From the NCBI GenBank assembly GCA_937892995.1, contig CALBJS010000086.1, positions 1 to 52,778 on the forward strand: 52,778 nucleotides of DNA, written 5' to 3'. Shown piece after piece: positions 44,660 through 52,778 of the stretch. A model generated the notes under the pieces. The model saw nothing but the letters and a program-made list of their open reading frames with translations, was not told the origin of the DNA and searched no databases. Every line of letters begins with the position of its first letter. Positions within the stretch are counted from its first letter, which is position 1. Both the position numbers and the translations under genes were made by a program. The DNA is from an uncultured Peptococcaceae bacterium (lineage in GTDB: Bacteria > Bacillota > Desulfitobacteriia > Desulfitobacteriales > Syntrophobotulaceae).

Positions 44660-45982
44660 ATGAAATTTGTTGAAGATATTGATATTGTAATCGAGGGTGG
44701 TTTTCAGGAAGTTCCTCCAATAATGATGCATAGGGTTAAACAGAATTTTCCTCGTCCTGTTATTAAGGATATTGAAGGAACTGTCCGAGCAGAATTGGCA
44801 AGAGAAGAAATAAGGAAAAGAATCAAACCGGGGATGAGTATAGCAGTTTGTGTAGGCAGTAGGGGAGTAGCTGAAATTCCCCTTTTAACTAAGACTGTGA
44901 TAAGTATTCTAAAAGAACACAACACTAAACCATTTATTGTACCAGCCATGGGAAGCCATGGGGGAGCAAAAGCTGAAGGACAGAAACTAATTCTGGAACA
45001 CTTAGGAGTTACGGAAGAGGCCATGGGTGCGGAAATACGTTCTTCTATGGAAGTTGTCAGCCTGGGGGATACCCATACAGGCCAACCGGTTTATATGGAC
45101 AAAAATGCTTATGAAGCTGACTTGATAATCCTTATTCCCAGAGTCAAGGTTCATACTGATATTAAAGGTCCATTCGAAAGCGGCATTATGAAAATGTTGA
45201 CAATCGGTCTAGGCAAACATAAGGGCACTTCTTTCTATCATCGATTTAATCCTTATGGGGATATGCATAATGTAATTCCTGTAGTTGGCCAGCACGTAAT
45301 TGATAACTCCAATGTCGCTTTTGCCCTGGCTGTGGTAGAAAATGCCTATAATGAATTAGCAGTAATTAAAGCCGTACCGGCAGAAAAAGTCCTGGAAGAA
45401 GAGCCAAAACTTTTGGAAATATCTAAAGAGCTAATGCCCAGAATTGAAGTAGATGATGTAGACGTATTAATTATTGATGAAATGGGTAAAGAAGCAAGCG
45501 GCACGGGAATGGATCCTAATATTATGGGCAGAGCAAGTGCACCTGATTGCGACTGCAGTCAATTCAAGGCTCCCAAAATAAAAAGAATAGTAACCTTGGA
45601 CCTTACCGAAGGTTCTGAAGGTAATGCAGCCGGAGTAGGTCTTGCTGATATTATACCTAAACGTTTATTCAACAAAATCAGTCTTAACCATACTTATGCT
45701 AACTGTGTTACCGGTACCTTGCTTAAAGCAGCTTATCTACCTATTATTACCAATACAGATTATGAGGCTTTTATAGTTGGTATTAAGACCTGTACCTATA
45801 TGCGTAACTATAAGGATGCCAAAGTTGTCAGAATCAAAAACACCAATTCAATTTTCGAAATACAAGTTTCGACCACCTTGCTAGATCAGGTGCGTAAGCG
45901 TCCGCATTGTGAAGTCTTACCTGGTAGTGAACCGATAACCTTTGACGCTGAGGGAAATATGCTTCCTTATGGAGCCAAGTAG
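44660..45982 (+). CDS. Divergent LarA-like (lactate racemase N-domain/DUF2088) protein, putative nickel-pincer-dependent hydroxyacid racemase/epimerase
   Basis: 440 aa. Colinear with LarA landmarks: AMGSHGG in place of ATGTHR, and RVKVHTDIKGPFESGIMK...H in place of EPHxxxGFSGGxK...H. Flanked by larB, with larC and larE nearby. Confidence 0.6.
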   Translation: MKFVEDIDIVIEGGFQEVPPIMMHRVKQNFPRPVIKDIEGTVRAELAREEIRKRIKPGMSIAVCVGSRGVAEIPLLTKTVISILKEHNTKPFIVPAMGSHGGAKAEGQKLILEHLGVTEEAMGAEIRSSMEVVSLGDTHTGQPVYMDKNAYEADLIILIPRVKVHTDIKGPFESGIMKMLTIGLGKHKGTSFYHRFNPYGDMHNVIPVVGQHVIDNSNVAFALAVVENAYNELAVIKAVPAEKVLEEEPKLLEISKELMPRIEVDDVDVLIIDEMGKEASGTGMDPNIMGRASAPDCDCSQFKAPKIKRIVTLDLTEGSEGNAAGVGLADIIPKRLFNKISLNHTYANCVTGTLLKAAYLPIITNTDYEAFIVGIKTCTYMRNYKDAKVVRIKNTNSIFEIQVSTTLLDQVRKRPHCEVLPGSEPITFDAEGNMLPYGAK

Positions 45983-46100
45983 CAAAGTCGTATCTGCCAG
46001 AACACATTACTGCTCCAGTTATTGAATTGAGGAAAAACAACTATTATGGGACCCAAATTCCCTTACTAGGTAACTAAGGGCCGGAGAGGACAGGTATATC

Positions 46101-46859
46101 GTGAATGATCAAAAACTAAGAGAATTACTTTTCGCTTATAAAAAAGGCGAGATCGAATTGGATATAGCTTTAAAGCATTTAAGAGTACTGCAAGAAGAAG
46201 ACATAGGATTTGCTAAAATAGACCATCAGCGTTCCTTGCGCACCGGTTTTCCTGAAGTCATATTTGGTGAGGGGAAGACCAAAGAACAGATAGTTACAAT
46301 TGCTCAAGGTTTGGCAGCCAGAGGTTCAACAGTTTTAGTGACAAGGACCAACAAAGAAGTTTTTCAAGCAGTTAATTGCAAGATGCCTGCTCAGTTTAAC
46401 GAACTAGCACGTACAATCGTAGTTGATGCCGAGGAAGTAGTACCTACGGGCGGACAAGTTGCAATCTTAAGTGCCGGAACAGCCGATATACCTGTTGCCG
46501 AAGAAGCTGCTGTTACAGCAATTGTTATGGGGAATAAGGTTGAAAAGGTTTATGACGTAGGAGTGGCTGGCCTTCACCGTTTGCTTGGTCGTATTGATTT
46601 AATCAGAAAAGCTGATGTCACTATTGTAGTAGCCGGAATGGATGGGGCTTTGCCAAGCGTTGTAACAGGGTTGGTAGACCGCCCGGTGATTGCCGTGCCT
46701 ACCAGCGTCGGTTACGGGGCCAGCTTTAACGGCCTGGCAGCACTTTTAGCGATGCTTAATTCTTGTGGGAGCGGCCTTGGTGTTGTAAATATAGATAATG
46801 GGTTTGGGGCAGCGGTTCTGGCAACTTCAATTGCCCGTTTAAAAGCTTCTAACAATTAA
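46101..46859 (+). CDS. larB: Nickel-pincer cofactor biosynthesis protein LarB (AIR-carboxylase-like)
   Basis: 252 aa. N-terminal extension plus PurE-like core (ILSAGTADIPVAEEA, VVAGMDGALPSVV, PTSVGYGAS). GTG start after ggagagga. Confidence 0.85.
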   Translation: MNDQKLRELLFAYKKGEIELDIALKHLRVLQEEDIGFAKIDHQRSLRTGFPEVIFGEGKTKEQIVTIAQGLAARGSTVLVTRTNKEVFQAVNCKMPAQFNELARTIVVDAEEVVPTGGQVAILSAGTADIPVAEEAAVTAIVMGNKVEKVYDVGVAGLHRLLGRIDLIRKADVTIVVAGMDGALPSVVTGLVDRPVIAVPTSVGYGASFNGLAALLAMLNSCGSGLGVVNIDNGFGAAVLATSIARLKASNN

Positions 46860-46936
46860 AAACTCACTACCATCAGTATCTATCCACTTTAGCCCGTAAG
46901 GGAAGGTTCTCATTTAGCTAGAATTATATCAATATT

Positions 46937-47761
46937 AAAGATGAAAGAGGAGAAAGAGTTATGACATTCAGACCAAAAGAAAATCGAATTTTATCATGTT
47001 TACAAAGGAACGAAGTACCTCTCGGAACTCAGATCTATATGGCACATCCTGCCATCATTGAAATTATAGCTTACGCCGGGTTTGACTACTATATGCTTGA
47101 TATGGAACATTGCAGAGTCAACCCGGAGACAATGGAACACTGCATTCGTGCAGCTGACGCTGCCGGCATAACTACGGTAGTTAGAGTACCTGAAAATAAC
47201 CATACCCTTATTCGAGGAGCGATGGAAGCAGGTGCCCAGGGGGTAATCGTTCCCCATATTAACACTAAAGAAGATGCCCGTAAAGCAGTTAACGCCTTGC
47301 GTTATCCGCCGGAAGGCACAGCCGGGATGTGTCCTGCAATTCGTTCAGCCAACTATTCTGTACCGAGCTGGGACGATTATCTGGAATACCACAGTAACAA
47401 TACTTCCTTGATAGCCCTAATCGAAAGTCCTCAGGCTGTAGACAATGCTGAAGAAATCTTTGCTGAGTTAAAGTCTGGTGTCGATGCTGTATGGTTTGGA
47501 CGCGGTGATCTGGCCCAAGCCGTAGCTAAACCTGGGGAAAAGGTAGACTGGGATCCTCCGTACATTAACGAAGCCTTTGAAAAAGTGTTAGCTGTTTCCA
47601 AGAAAACCGGAATCCCTGTAATGGCTATTCCTTTCCCCGTTCTTAGTCCCGAAAGTGCGAAGGAAGCTTTAGCAAAAGGTGCTCGCATCATGTTATATTC
47701 CATCGATCAACTCCTATTCTATAACCTCTGTGTAGATATTGTGAAAGCTATGAAAGGTTAA
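46937..47761 (+). repeat. 825-bp perfect direct repeat, copy 2
   Basis: See 43616..44440. Flanking sequence diverges immediately on both sides. Confidence 0.95.
46961..47761 (+). CDS. HpcH/HpaI-family aldolase, copy 2 (identical to copy 1)
   Basis: Protein identical to 43640..44440 over all 266 aa. Confidence 0.85.
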   Translation: MTFRPKENRILSCLQRNEVPLGTQIYMAHPAIIEIIAYAGFDYYMLDMEHCRVNPETMEHCIRAADAAGITTVVRVPENNHTLIRGAMEAGAQGVIVPHINTKEDARKAVNALRYPPEGTAGMCPAIRSANYSVPSWDDYLEYHSNNTSLIALIESPQAVDNAEEIFAELKSGVDAVWFGRGDLAQAVAKPGEKVDWDPPYINEAFEKVLAVSKKTGIPVMAIPFPVLSPESAKEALAKGARIMLYSIDQLLFYNLCVDIVKAMKG

Positions 47762-47791
47762 GACTTATAATAATTTAGCCTGTCCTTAGAA

Positions 47792-47889
47792 GAAAGAGTG
47801 GAAGATAACGGGTTAGGATCCATATAAGGTTCCCCCTCCGATTTAAACTTTATTAGGTTTTGAGCCCGTCTTCCTCTCTTTCGTTTTTT
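47792..47889 (+). terminator. Long-range stem enclosing about 52 nt, followed by a T-run (terminator or structured RNA)
   Basis: gaaagagtggaagataacggg (47792..47812) pairs with cccgtcttcctctctttc (47865..47882) as 7+6+4 bp with one mismatch and one bulge. Then gtttttt. Confidence 0.4.
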
Positions 47890-47928
47890 AGTTCTATGTT
47901 TATTTTTTAGCCGAGAGGTGAGCAATAA

Positions 47929-48729
47929 TTGAAAATAGCATATTGGGATTGTTTTTCAGGCATAAGTGGAGATATGTGCTTAGGTTCGATAGTTGATGCT
48001 GGAGTAAAAGTGGAAGATTTAGAAGCAATGCTTAAACGATTAAATATACCGGAATTCAAATTAGAAACCAAACAGGTTCTAAAAAATGGGATCGGAGCAA
48101 CTGACCTAATAGTTGTATGTGTTGGACAGGATGATTGTAACCATCATCATCATGAAACTAGCCATCGTCATGATAAAAGTCATAGTCATGAGCAAAGCTC
48201 TAACCATAATAAACATCAACACTTACAACTCAAAGATATACTAGACATAATACATAATGCTGAAATTGCAGACAAAATAAAACAACAGTCAGAACAGGTT
48301 TTTCAAAATTTAGCTAATGTGGAATCTAAAATACATCGAACCACACCCGAAGATATACATTTTCATGAAGTGGGAGCTTTAGATACTATTATTGATGTTG
48401 TTGGGACAGTAATAGGCTTAGATTTACTTGGCATCGAAGAAGTGTATGTATCTGCTTTTCCACTGGGAAGGGGTAAAGTCAAATGTATGCACGGTATAAT
48501 TCCTCTACCAGCCCCGGCAGCTTTAGAGCTATTGAAGGGAAAACCCATATATTATCATGAGTGTTATCAGGAAATTATCACACCGACTGGGGCGGCCTTA
48601 GCGGTTACCCTGGGAAAAGGTTTTGGTTCTTTCCCTAAAATGATACTGGAAAGGGTTGGCTATGGAGCCGGCGATTTAGATCTGGAACATCCTAATGTAA
48701 TGAGGATGTTTATAGGTGAAATTTTATAA
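47929..48729 (+). CDS. larC: LarC N-terminal module only (LarC1-like nickel insertion protein); C-terminal domain missing
   Basis: Starts MKIAYWDCFSGISGDM and has the His-rich Ni-binding stretch CNHHHHETSHRHDKSHSHE. Ends at 266 aa (...NVMRMFIGEIL), whereas full-length LarC is about 400-420 aa. TTG start after gagaggtg. Confidence 0.8.
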   Translation: MKIAYWDCFSGISGDMCLGSIVDAGVKVEDLEAMLKRLNIPEFKLETKQVLKNGIGATDLIVVCVGQDDCNHHHHETSHRHDKSHSHEQSSNHNKHQHLQLKDILDIIHNAEIADKIKQQSEQVFQNLANVESKIHRTTPEDIHFHEVGALDTIIDVVGTVIGLDLLGIEEVYVSAFPLGRGKVKCMHGIIPLPAPAALELLKGKPIYYHECYQEIITPTGAALAVTLGKGFGSFPKMILERVGYGAGDLDLEHPNVMRMFIGEIL

Positions 48730-48761
48730 AAACAAGAGAAATTAAAAGGCAACTTCTTAGT

Positions 48762-49932
48762 TTGGAAGGATTAATTTGTGTAATTTATTTTTCATTAATA
48801 AAGATAATAAAGTTTCCTCTAGGAATTACTAATAGAAACTACATATACTTAAAAACACGAACTAAATTAGTAACTAGTTATGTCATAATAGCTCTATTTA
48901 TTCTCCTAGTTGGTTTCATAGGCTTAAATAATGTTAAAATGCTAGGTTCTTCTTTAAACGATGTATATAAAAACAATCTAGTTCCCATAACCCTTATGAG
49001 CAATATCCAGAAAAACCTATTATCAATCCGTTCAGAAACCTTATTAATGTTGTATTCTAATGATCAAAATCAAATTAGCAACTCTATGAGCATAATAACA
49101 CATTTACAAGCTGAGAATGATAAGCTGAGCCAAGAATATTTTAATACAAATTTGTCACAGCTAGAAAAAGAAAAATCAACAGACTTCCCAAAAACCTTGA
49201 AGAATATATGGTGTTTGGTGATGTCTTAATTCGTCTGGCTAAAGATAATAAAATTGATCAAGCTAAAGTTATTTATGAAAGGCAAACCGCTGCCAGAGAT
49301 CAAATTATGGAGTCAATCGAGGAATTACTCAATACAAATATAAAACTTGCCGAGAATTCCAATCTTACTAGTCAAGAAAACAGCTCAGTTGCCTATAAGG
49401 TAGTTCTGCTTATTTCTACTTTAGGGATGGTTTTAGCGATTTTATTTGGAATTATTATAAGCAGGGTTATCACTGCTGGGATAAACAAATGTGTCAAGCT
49501 GGCAGAGAATCTGAGCAGTCGGCAAGTACGGTGACCAATATTCAAAAAATTATTAGCCAGGTCGAAGCGGCTTTTAAAAATCTTTCCGAAAATGCTAAGC
49601 AAGTTTTAGGTTCCCTAAATTACAAAGTTAGATCTGATTACAAGCAAATGGTTGAAATAGGTGATAAATATCAGCAAGATGCTAACCAAATGGCGGAGTT
49701 AATGAATGAATTTGCATCTAGTACTGAAGAAATGGCTTTTTCTCTGGAACAAATCTTAGGTGCTATTGAAACGCTTGCTAATTCTACCCAAAATGCAGCT
49801 GCAAGTTCAGAGGAAATCACATCTAGTATCTTTGATACCGCCAGTGCAATAGAAAATGTAGCCAAGATCGCCCATAATCAGGCAGGATCAGCCCGAAAAC
49901 TAACGGAGATGATCCAAAAATTCAAACTTTAA
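48762..49932 (+). pseudogene. Methyl-accepting chemotaxis protein, decayed (two frameshifts plus internal deletion)
   Basis: Three consecutive ORFs in three frames encode the 4HB_MCP sensor, TM2 and the extreme C-terminal signalling segment. Frameshifts lie at the A5 run 49190..49194 and near 49510. The HAMP and hairpin core (about 200 aa) are absent. No credible start. Confidence 0.75.
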
Positions 49933-50040
49933 TCTCTACCGGAATTATACTTTGTGAACTATTTGTTGTTACCAAAGATCCCAGAAATCCTAACTTTCGC
50001 GTAGTAAAGCCAAAACTTAAGTTCAAAGGGGAAAGCTAAC

Positions 50041-50490
50041 ATGTCCAAAGTCATTTATCTTATTTTGGCACTGACTAGCGGTTTCCTGTTTGGGATTCAG
50101 GCCTCGATCAATGGGGCCTTGGGCAAACGTATAGGTATCTATGAAACAGCACTTCTTTCTAGTTTGCTTACCTCAACAGTTTTAATACTGATTACGTTAA
50201 TATTTGGAAAAGGTAATATCTTAGGGGCTTTAGGGGTACCCAAGTGGCAAGTAATCGGCGGATTTCTGGGAGCTTTTATTCTGATGACCATGACGATTGC
50301 GGTACCACACATAGGTGTAGCATCAACGGTATTTTTTGTAATTGTAGGCCAGATGATAATAAGTATAATAATAGATAACTTTGGTTTTTTTAATGTTCCT
50401 GTAATTCCTTTTAACATTTACAGATTTTTTGGTATACTATTTATGATTATTGCTGTGCTGTTAATTATCAAGGGTAATTTTAATAATTAA
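50041..50490 (+). CDS. DMT-superfamily membrane protein (DUF606/YdcZ-like)
   Basis: 149 aa, 5 TM, N-terminal motif GFLFGIQASINGALGKRIG. Confidence 0.75.
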   Translation: MSKVIYLILALTSGFLFGIQASINGALGKRIGIYETALLSSLLTSTVLILITLIFGKGNILGALGVPKWQVIGGFLGAFILMTMTIAVPHIGVASTVFFVIVGQMIISIIIDNFGFFNVPVIPFNIYRFFGILFMIIAVLLIIKGNFNN

Positions 50491-50659
50491 GGGCTGATAT
50501 GCCTTTTTTTATTTCGCAATGAAGCTTTATTTTAGGTATAATATAAAGGTTGCCTTTTTAAAAAGTACTAAAAGAGAGTAATAATAGGAAAAATTGTGGT
50601 GAAATGAGTGGTATTTAACTTGTAAGCTCATATTTGACTCGTATAAGGAGGGGTTAGAA

Positions 50660-51475
50660 ATGCAGTCTCATGAAGAAAAATTATCTTTTCTTCGAGAAGA
50701 TTTAGCTAAGATGGGAAAGGTGTTAATTGCTTTTTCAGGAGGGGTTGACAGTACCTTCTTATTATATGTGGCACATGAGGTTCTAGGGGAGAATGCTCTG
50801 CCGGTTACCATCAAGTCGTCACTTTTCCCGGCAAGGGAGTTTGGATGGACAGTGGATTTCTGTAGAAAATTGGGACTTAGTCAGCAGGTTATAATTTCTA
50901 ATGAACTGGATAATCCTGAATTTTATAAGAACTCCCCTGAAAGGTGTTATATATGTAAAAAAGCTATTTTAGGAGAGATATTTAGCTTGGCGAGAAATCT
51001 TGGTATCGAATACGTAGCAGACGGAACAAACCTTGATGATTTGGATGATTACAGACCAGGAATGAGGGCCCTTAAGGAGATGGGCATTCATAGCCCGCTC
51101 CTTAAGGCGGGTCTAACTAAAGAAAATATCCGGTTTTTGTCCAAGGAAGCGAGTCTTCCAACTTGGAATCTGCCGTCTTTTGCCTGCCTTTCTTCAAGGA
51201 TTCCCTACGGACAAAAGATTACGAGGGAAAAACTGCAAATGATAGAAAAAGCCGAACAATACTTAATGGATCTTGGTTTTGAGCAGGTTAGGGTGCGGCA
51301 TCATGGGGATATAGCCAGAGTCGAGGTAACTCCCGAAGAAAGAGTTAAGTTCTTCGACCCTGGCTTTATGGATCAAGTTTACGATTTCTTCAAAAGTATA
51401 GGTTTTCTGTATGCGGTCTTAGACCTAAGAGGCTATAGGAGTGGCAGTATGAATGAAAAGATTCTTAGTAAATAA
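50660..51475 (+). CDS. larE: ATP-dependent sacrificial sulfur transferase LarE
   Basis: PP-loop AFSGGVDSTFLL and the conserved Cys in SFACLSSRIPYG. 271 aa. Confidence 0.85.
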   Translation: MQSHEEKLSFLREDLAKMGKVLIAFSGGVDSTFLLYVAHEVLGENALPVTIKSSLFPAREFGWTVDFCRKLGLSQQVIISNELDNPEFYKNSPERCYICKKAILGEIFSLARNLGIEYVADGTNLDDLDDYRPGMRALKEMGIHSPLLKAGLTKENIRFLSKEASLPTWNLPSFACLSSRIPYGQKITREKLQMIEKAEQYLMDLGFEQVRVRHHGDIARVEVTPEERVKFFDPGFMDQVYDFFKSIGFLYAVLDLRGYRSGSMNEKILSK

Positions 51476-51612
51476 GTTTAATAAATTAATGGAAAACAGA
51501 ATATCTTATTGTAGAGATCAGCATCTTGAACTATACTTTTAAGGCGTGAAGGTTTTTTGGTATATAATAATAGGTAAAAGATTTTTATAAAACATAAAGG
51601 AAAGTGAGAGGT

Positions 51613-52698
51613 ATGAAGGATAAATTAAAGGTAGGTTTAATCGGGGGCACAGGGTTGGTAGGGCAGAGACTCGTATCGTTGTTGGATAATCACCCCTGGT
51701 TTCAAATTGAAGCTATTGCTGCCAGTGAACACTCTGCAGGTAAAAGCTATGCTGAGGCTGTAGAAGGCAGATGGAAACTAAAAACTGCGATTCCAGAAGA
51801 TATAAAATTCTTAACCGTCCATAATGCTTCTGATGTCCGAGAGTTCAGTGAGCATGTTGATTTTGTCTTCTGTGCTGTAGATATGAAGAAAGAGGAAACT
51901 AAAGTACTGGAAGAAAAATATGCTCAGACTGAAACCCCGGTAATATCCTGTAACTCAGCTAATAGATTGGTAGCTGATGTTCCTATGGTTATTCCCGAGA
52001 TAAACCCTGAACATATCCAGATAATTGAACAGCAGAGAAAACGTTTAGGGACTAAGAACGGCTTTATTGCTGTCAAACCTAATTGTTCCATCCAAAGTTA
52101 TGTGCCACCTATTCATGCTCTAATGGAGTTTAAACCCAAAGAGATTCTGGCCTGTACTTACCAAGCTATTTCAGGTGCCGGCAAAAACTTTGAAGAATGG
52201 CCGGAGATGGTGGATAATGTCATCCCCTTCATAGGCGGCGAAGAAGAAAAAAGCGAGAATGAGCCGCTAAAGATCTGGGGAATTATTAAAAATAACGCTA
52301 TAGTTCATACCTCAGATCCTGTAATTACCACTCAATGTATCCGTGTTCCGGTGACTGATGGCCATCTGGCAGCTGTATTCGTATCTTTCGAGAAAAAACC
52401 GACAAAAGAAACCATAATCGACCTGTGGAATAATTTCCAAGGCAGACCTCAAATTCTTGGGCTGCCCAGTGCCCCTAAACCATTTTTAAAGTATTTTACT
52501 GAAGATAATAGACCCCAGACTAAGTTGGACAGAGACTTTGGGAATGGAATGGGTGTTACCATGGGACGCTTAAGGGAAGACAAAATCTATGACTATAAAT
52601 TTGTCTGTCTTTCTCATAATGTTCTTCGCGGAGCAGCAGGCGGAGCCGTACTCATCGCCGAACTGCTGAAAGCTGAAGGGTATCTGCAGGGTAAATAG
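51613..52698 (+). CDS. asd: Aspartate-semialdehyde dehydrogenase
   Basis: Rossmann motif VGLIGGTGLVGQR, active-site KPNCSIQ, and C-terminal SHNVLRGAAGGAVLIAELL. ATG at 51613 follows gagagg. Confidence 0.85.
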   Translation: MKDKLKVGLIGGTGLVGQRLVSLLDNHPWFQIEAIAASEHSAGKSYAEAVEGRWKLKTAIPEDIKFLTVHNASDVREFSEHVDFVFCAVDMKKEETKVLEEKYAQTETPVISCNSANRLVADVPMVIPEINPEHIQIIEQQRKRLGTKNGFIAVKPNCSIQSYVPPIHALMEFKPKEILACTYQAISGAGKNFEEWPEMVDNVIPFIGGEEEKSENEPLKIWGIIKNNAIVHTSDPVITTQCIRVPVTDGHLAAVFVSFEKKPTKETIIDLWNNFQGRPQILGLPSAPKPFLKYFTEDNRPQTKLDRDFGNGMGVTMGRLREDKIYDYKFVCLSHNVLRGAAGGAVLIAELLKAEGYLQGK

Positions 52699-52778
52699 TG
52701 CAGAAAATAAGAATTAATAAGTAAATAATTTGCATTATAGGATACTATTAGGTTTTCCTAAAAACTATAAAAAGAAAC

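Noticed and set aside
48136-48225. Histidine-rich low-complexity stretch (HHHHETSHRHDKSHSHE...) as a possible anomaly or tag
   Set aside because: A His-rich nickel-binding segment is a native feature of LarC N-terminal domains.
1-52778. Search for CRISPR arrays, tRNA/rRNA genes, transposases, integrases, phage genes or toxin-antitoxin/defence gene signatures
   Set aside because: No regularly spaced short repeats, no tRNA-like cloverleaf candidates and no recombinase-like ORFs were recognised. The only repeats are the 44-nt pair, the GntR/dctP module remnants and the 825-bp aldolase duplicate.

Overview
52.8-kb chromosomal window from a low-GC, anaerobic Firmicute-type genome. Gene content resembles Peptococcaceae/Desulfitobacteriaceae, but the taxon is not verified. 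I saw no rRNA, tRNA, CRISPR array, transposase or integrase. Content from left to right: (1) A sigma-54/PAS-activated operon for a Tat-exported DMSO-reductase-family molybdoenzyme (A, B, C subunits, TorD-like chaperone, and a small TatA-like ORF missing from the ORF track). It has a clear -24/-12 promoter and is bracketed by a 44-nt imperfect direct repeat. (2) An AT-rich patch at about 9-18 kb with accessory character: XRE regulator plus membrane partner, a frameshifted radical SAM gene, a lipoprotein, small membrane ORFs split by an in-frame TGA, DUF1287, and a large PepSY/SLH wall protein. (3) Housekeeping genes (thioesterase, citrate synthase) followed by the [FeFe]-hydrogenase maturase cluster hydE-hydG-hydF with a TM1266-type regulator. 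Two similar terminator/antiterminator leaders precede this cluster. (4) An AmmeMemoRadiSam pair with a fused LigB/Memo-like + AMMECR1 protein, ogt, a TIGR01212 radical SAM gene, and a KamA-family aminomutase carrying the glutamate 2,3-aminomutase signature. Then come a GntR/TrkA-C regulator with an orphan Cys-rich LytS-type kinase, and acpS-nnr-alr. (5) The most unusual region (38-51.5 kb). It holds two paralogous FCD-type GntR regulators, a deletion remnant of a second dctP, a complete TRAP transporter, and a divergent LarA-like enzyme. The nickel-pincer cofactor genes larB, a truncated larC and larE are scattered through it. An HpcH-family aldolase gene is present twice as a 100% identical 825-bp direct repeat flanking larA-like/larB. 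A decayed chemoreceptor gene also sits here. The window ends with asd.
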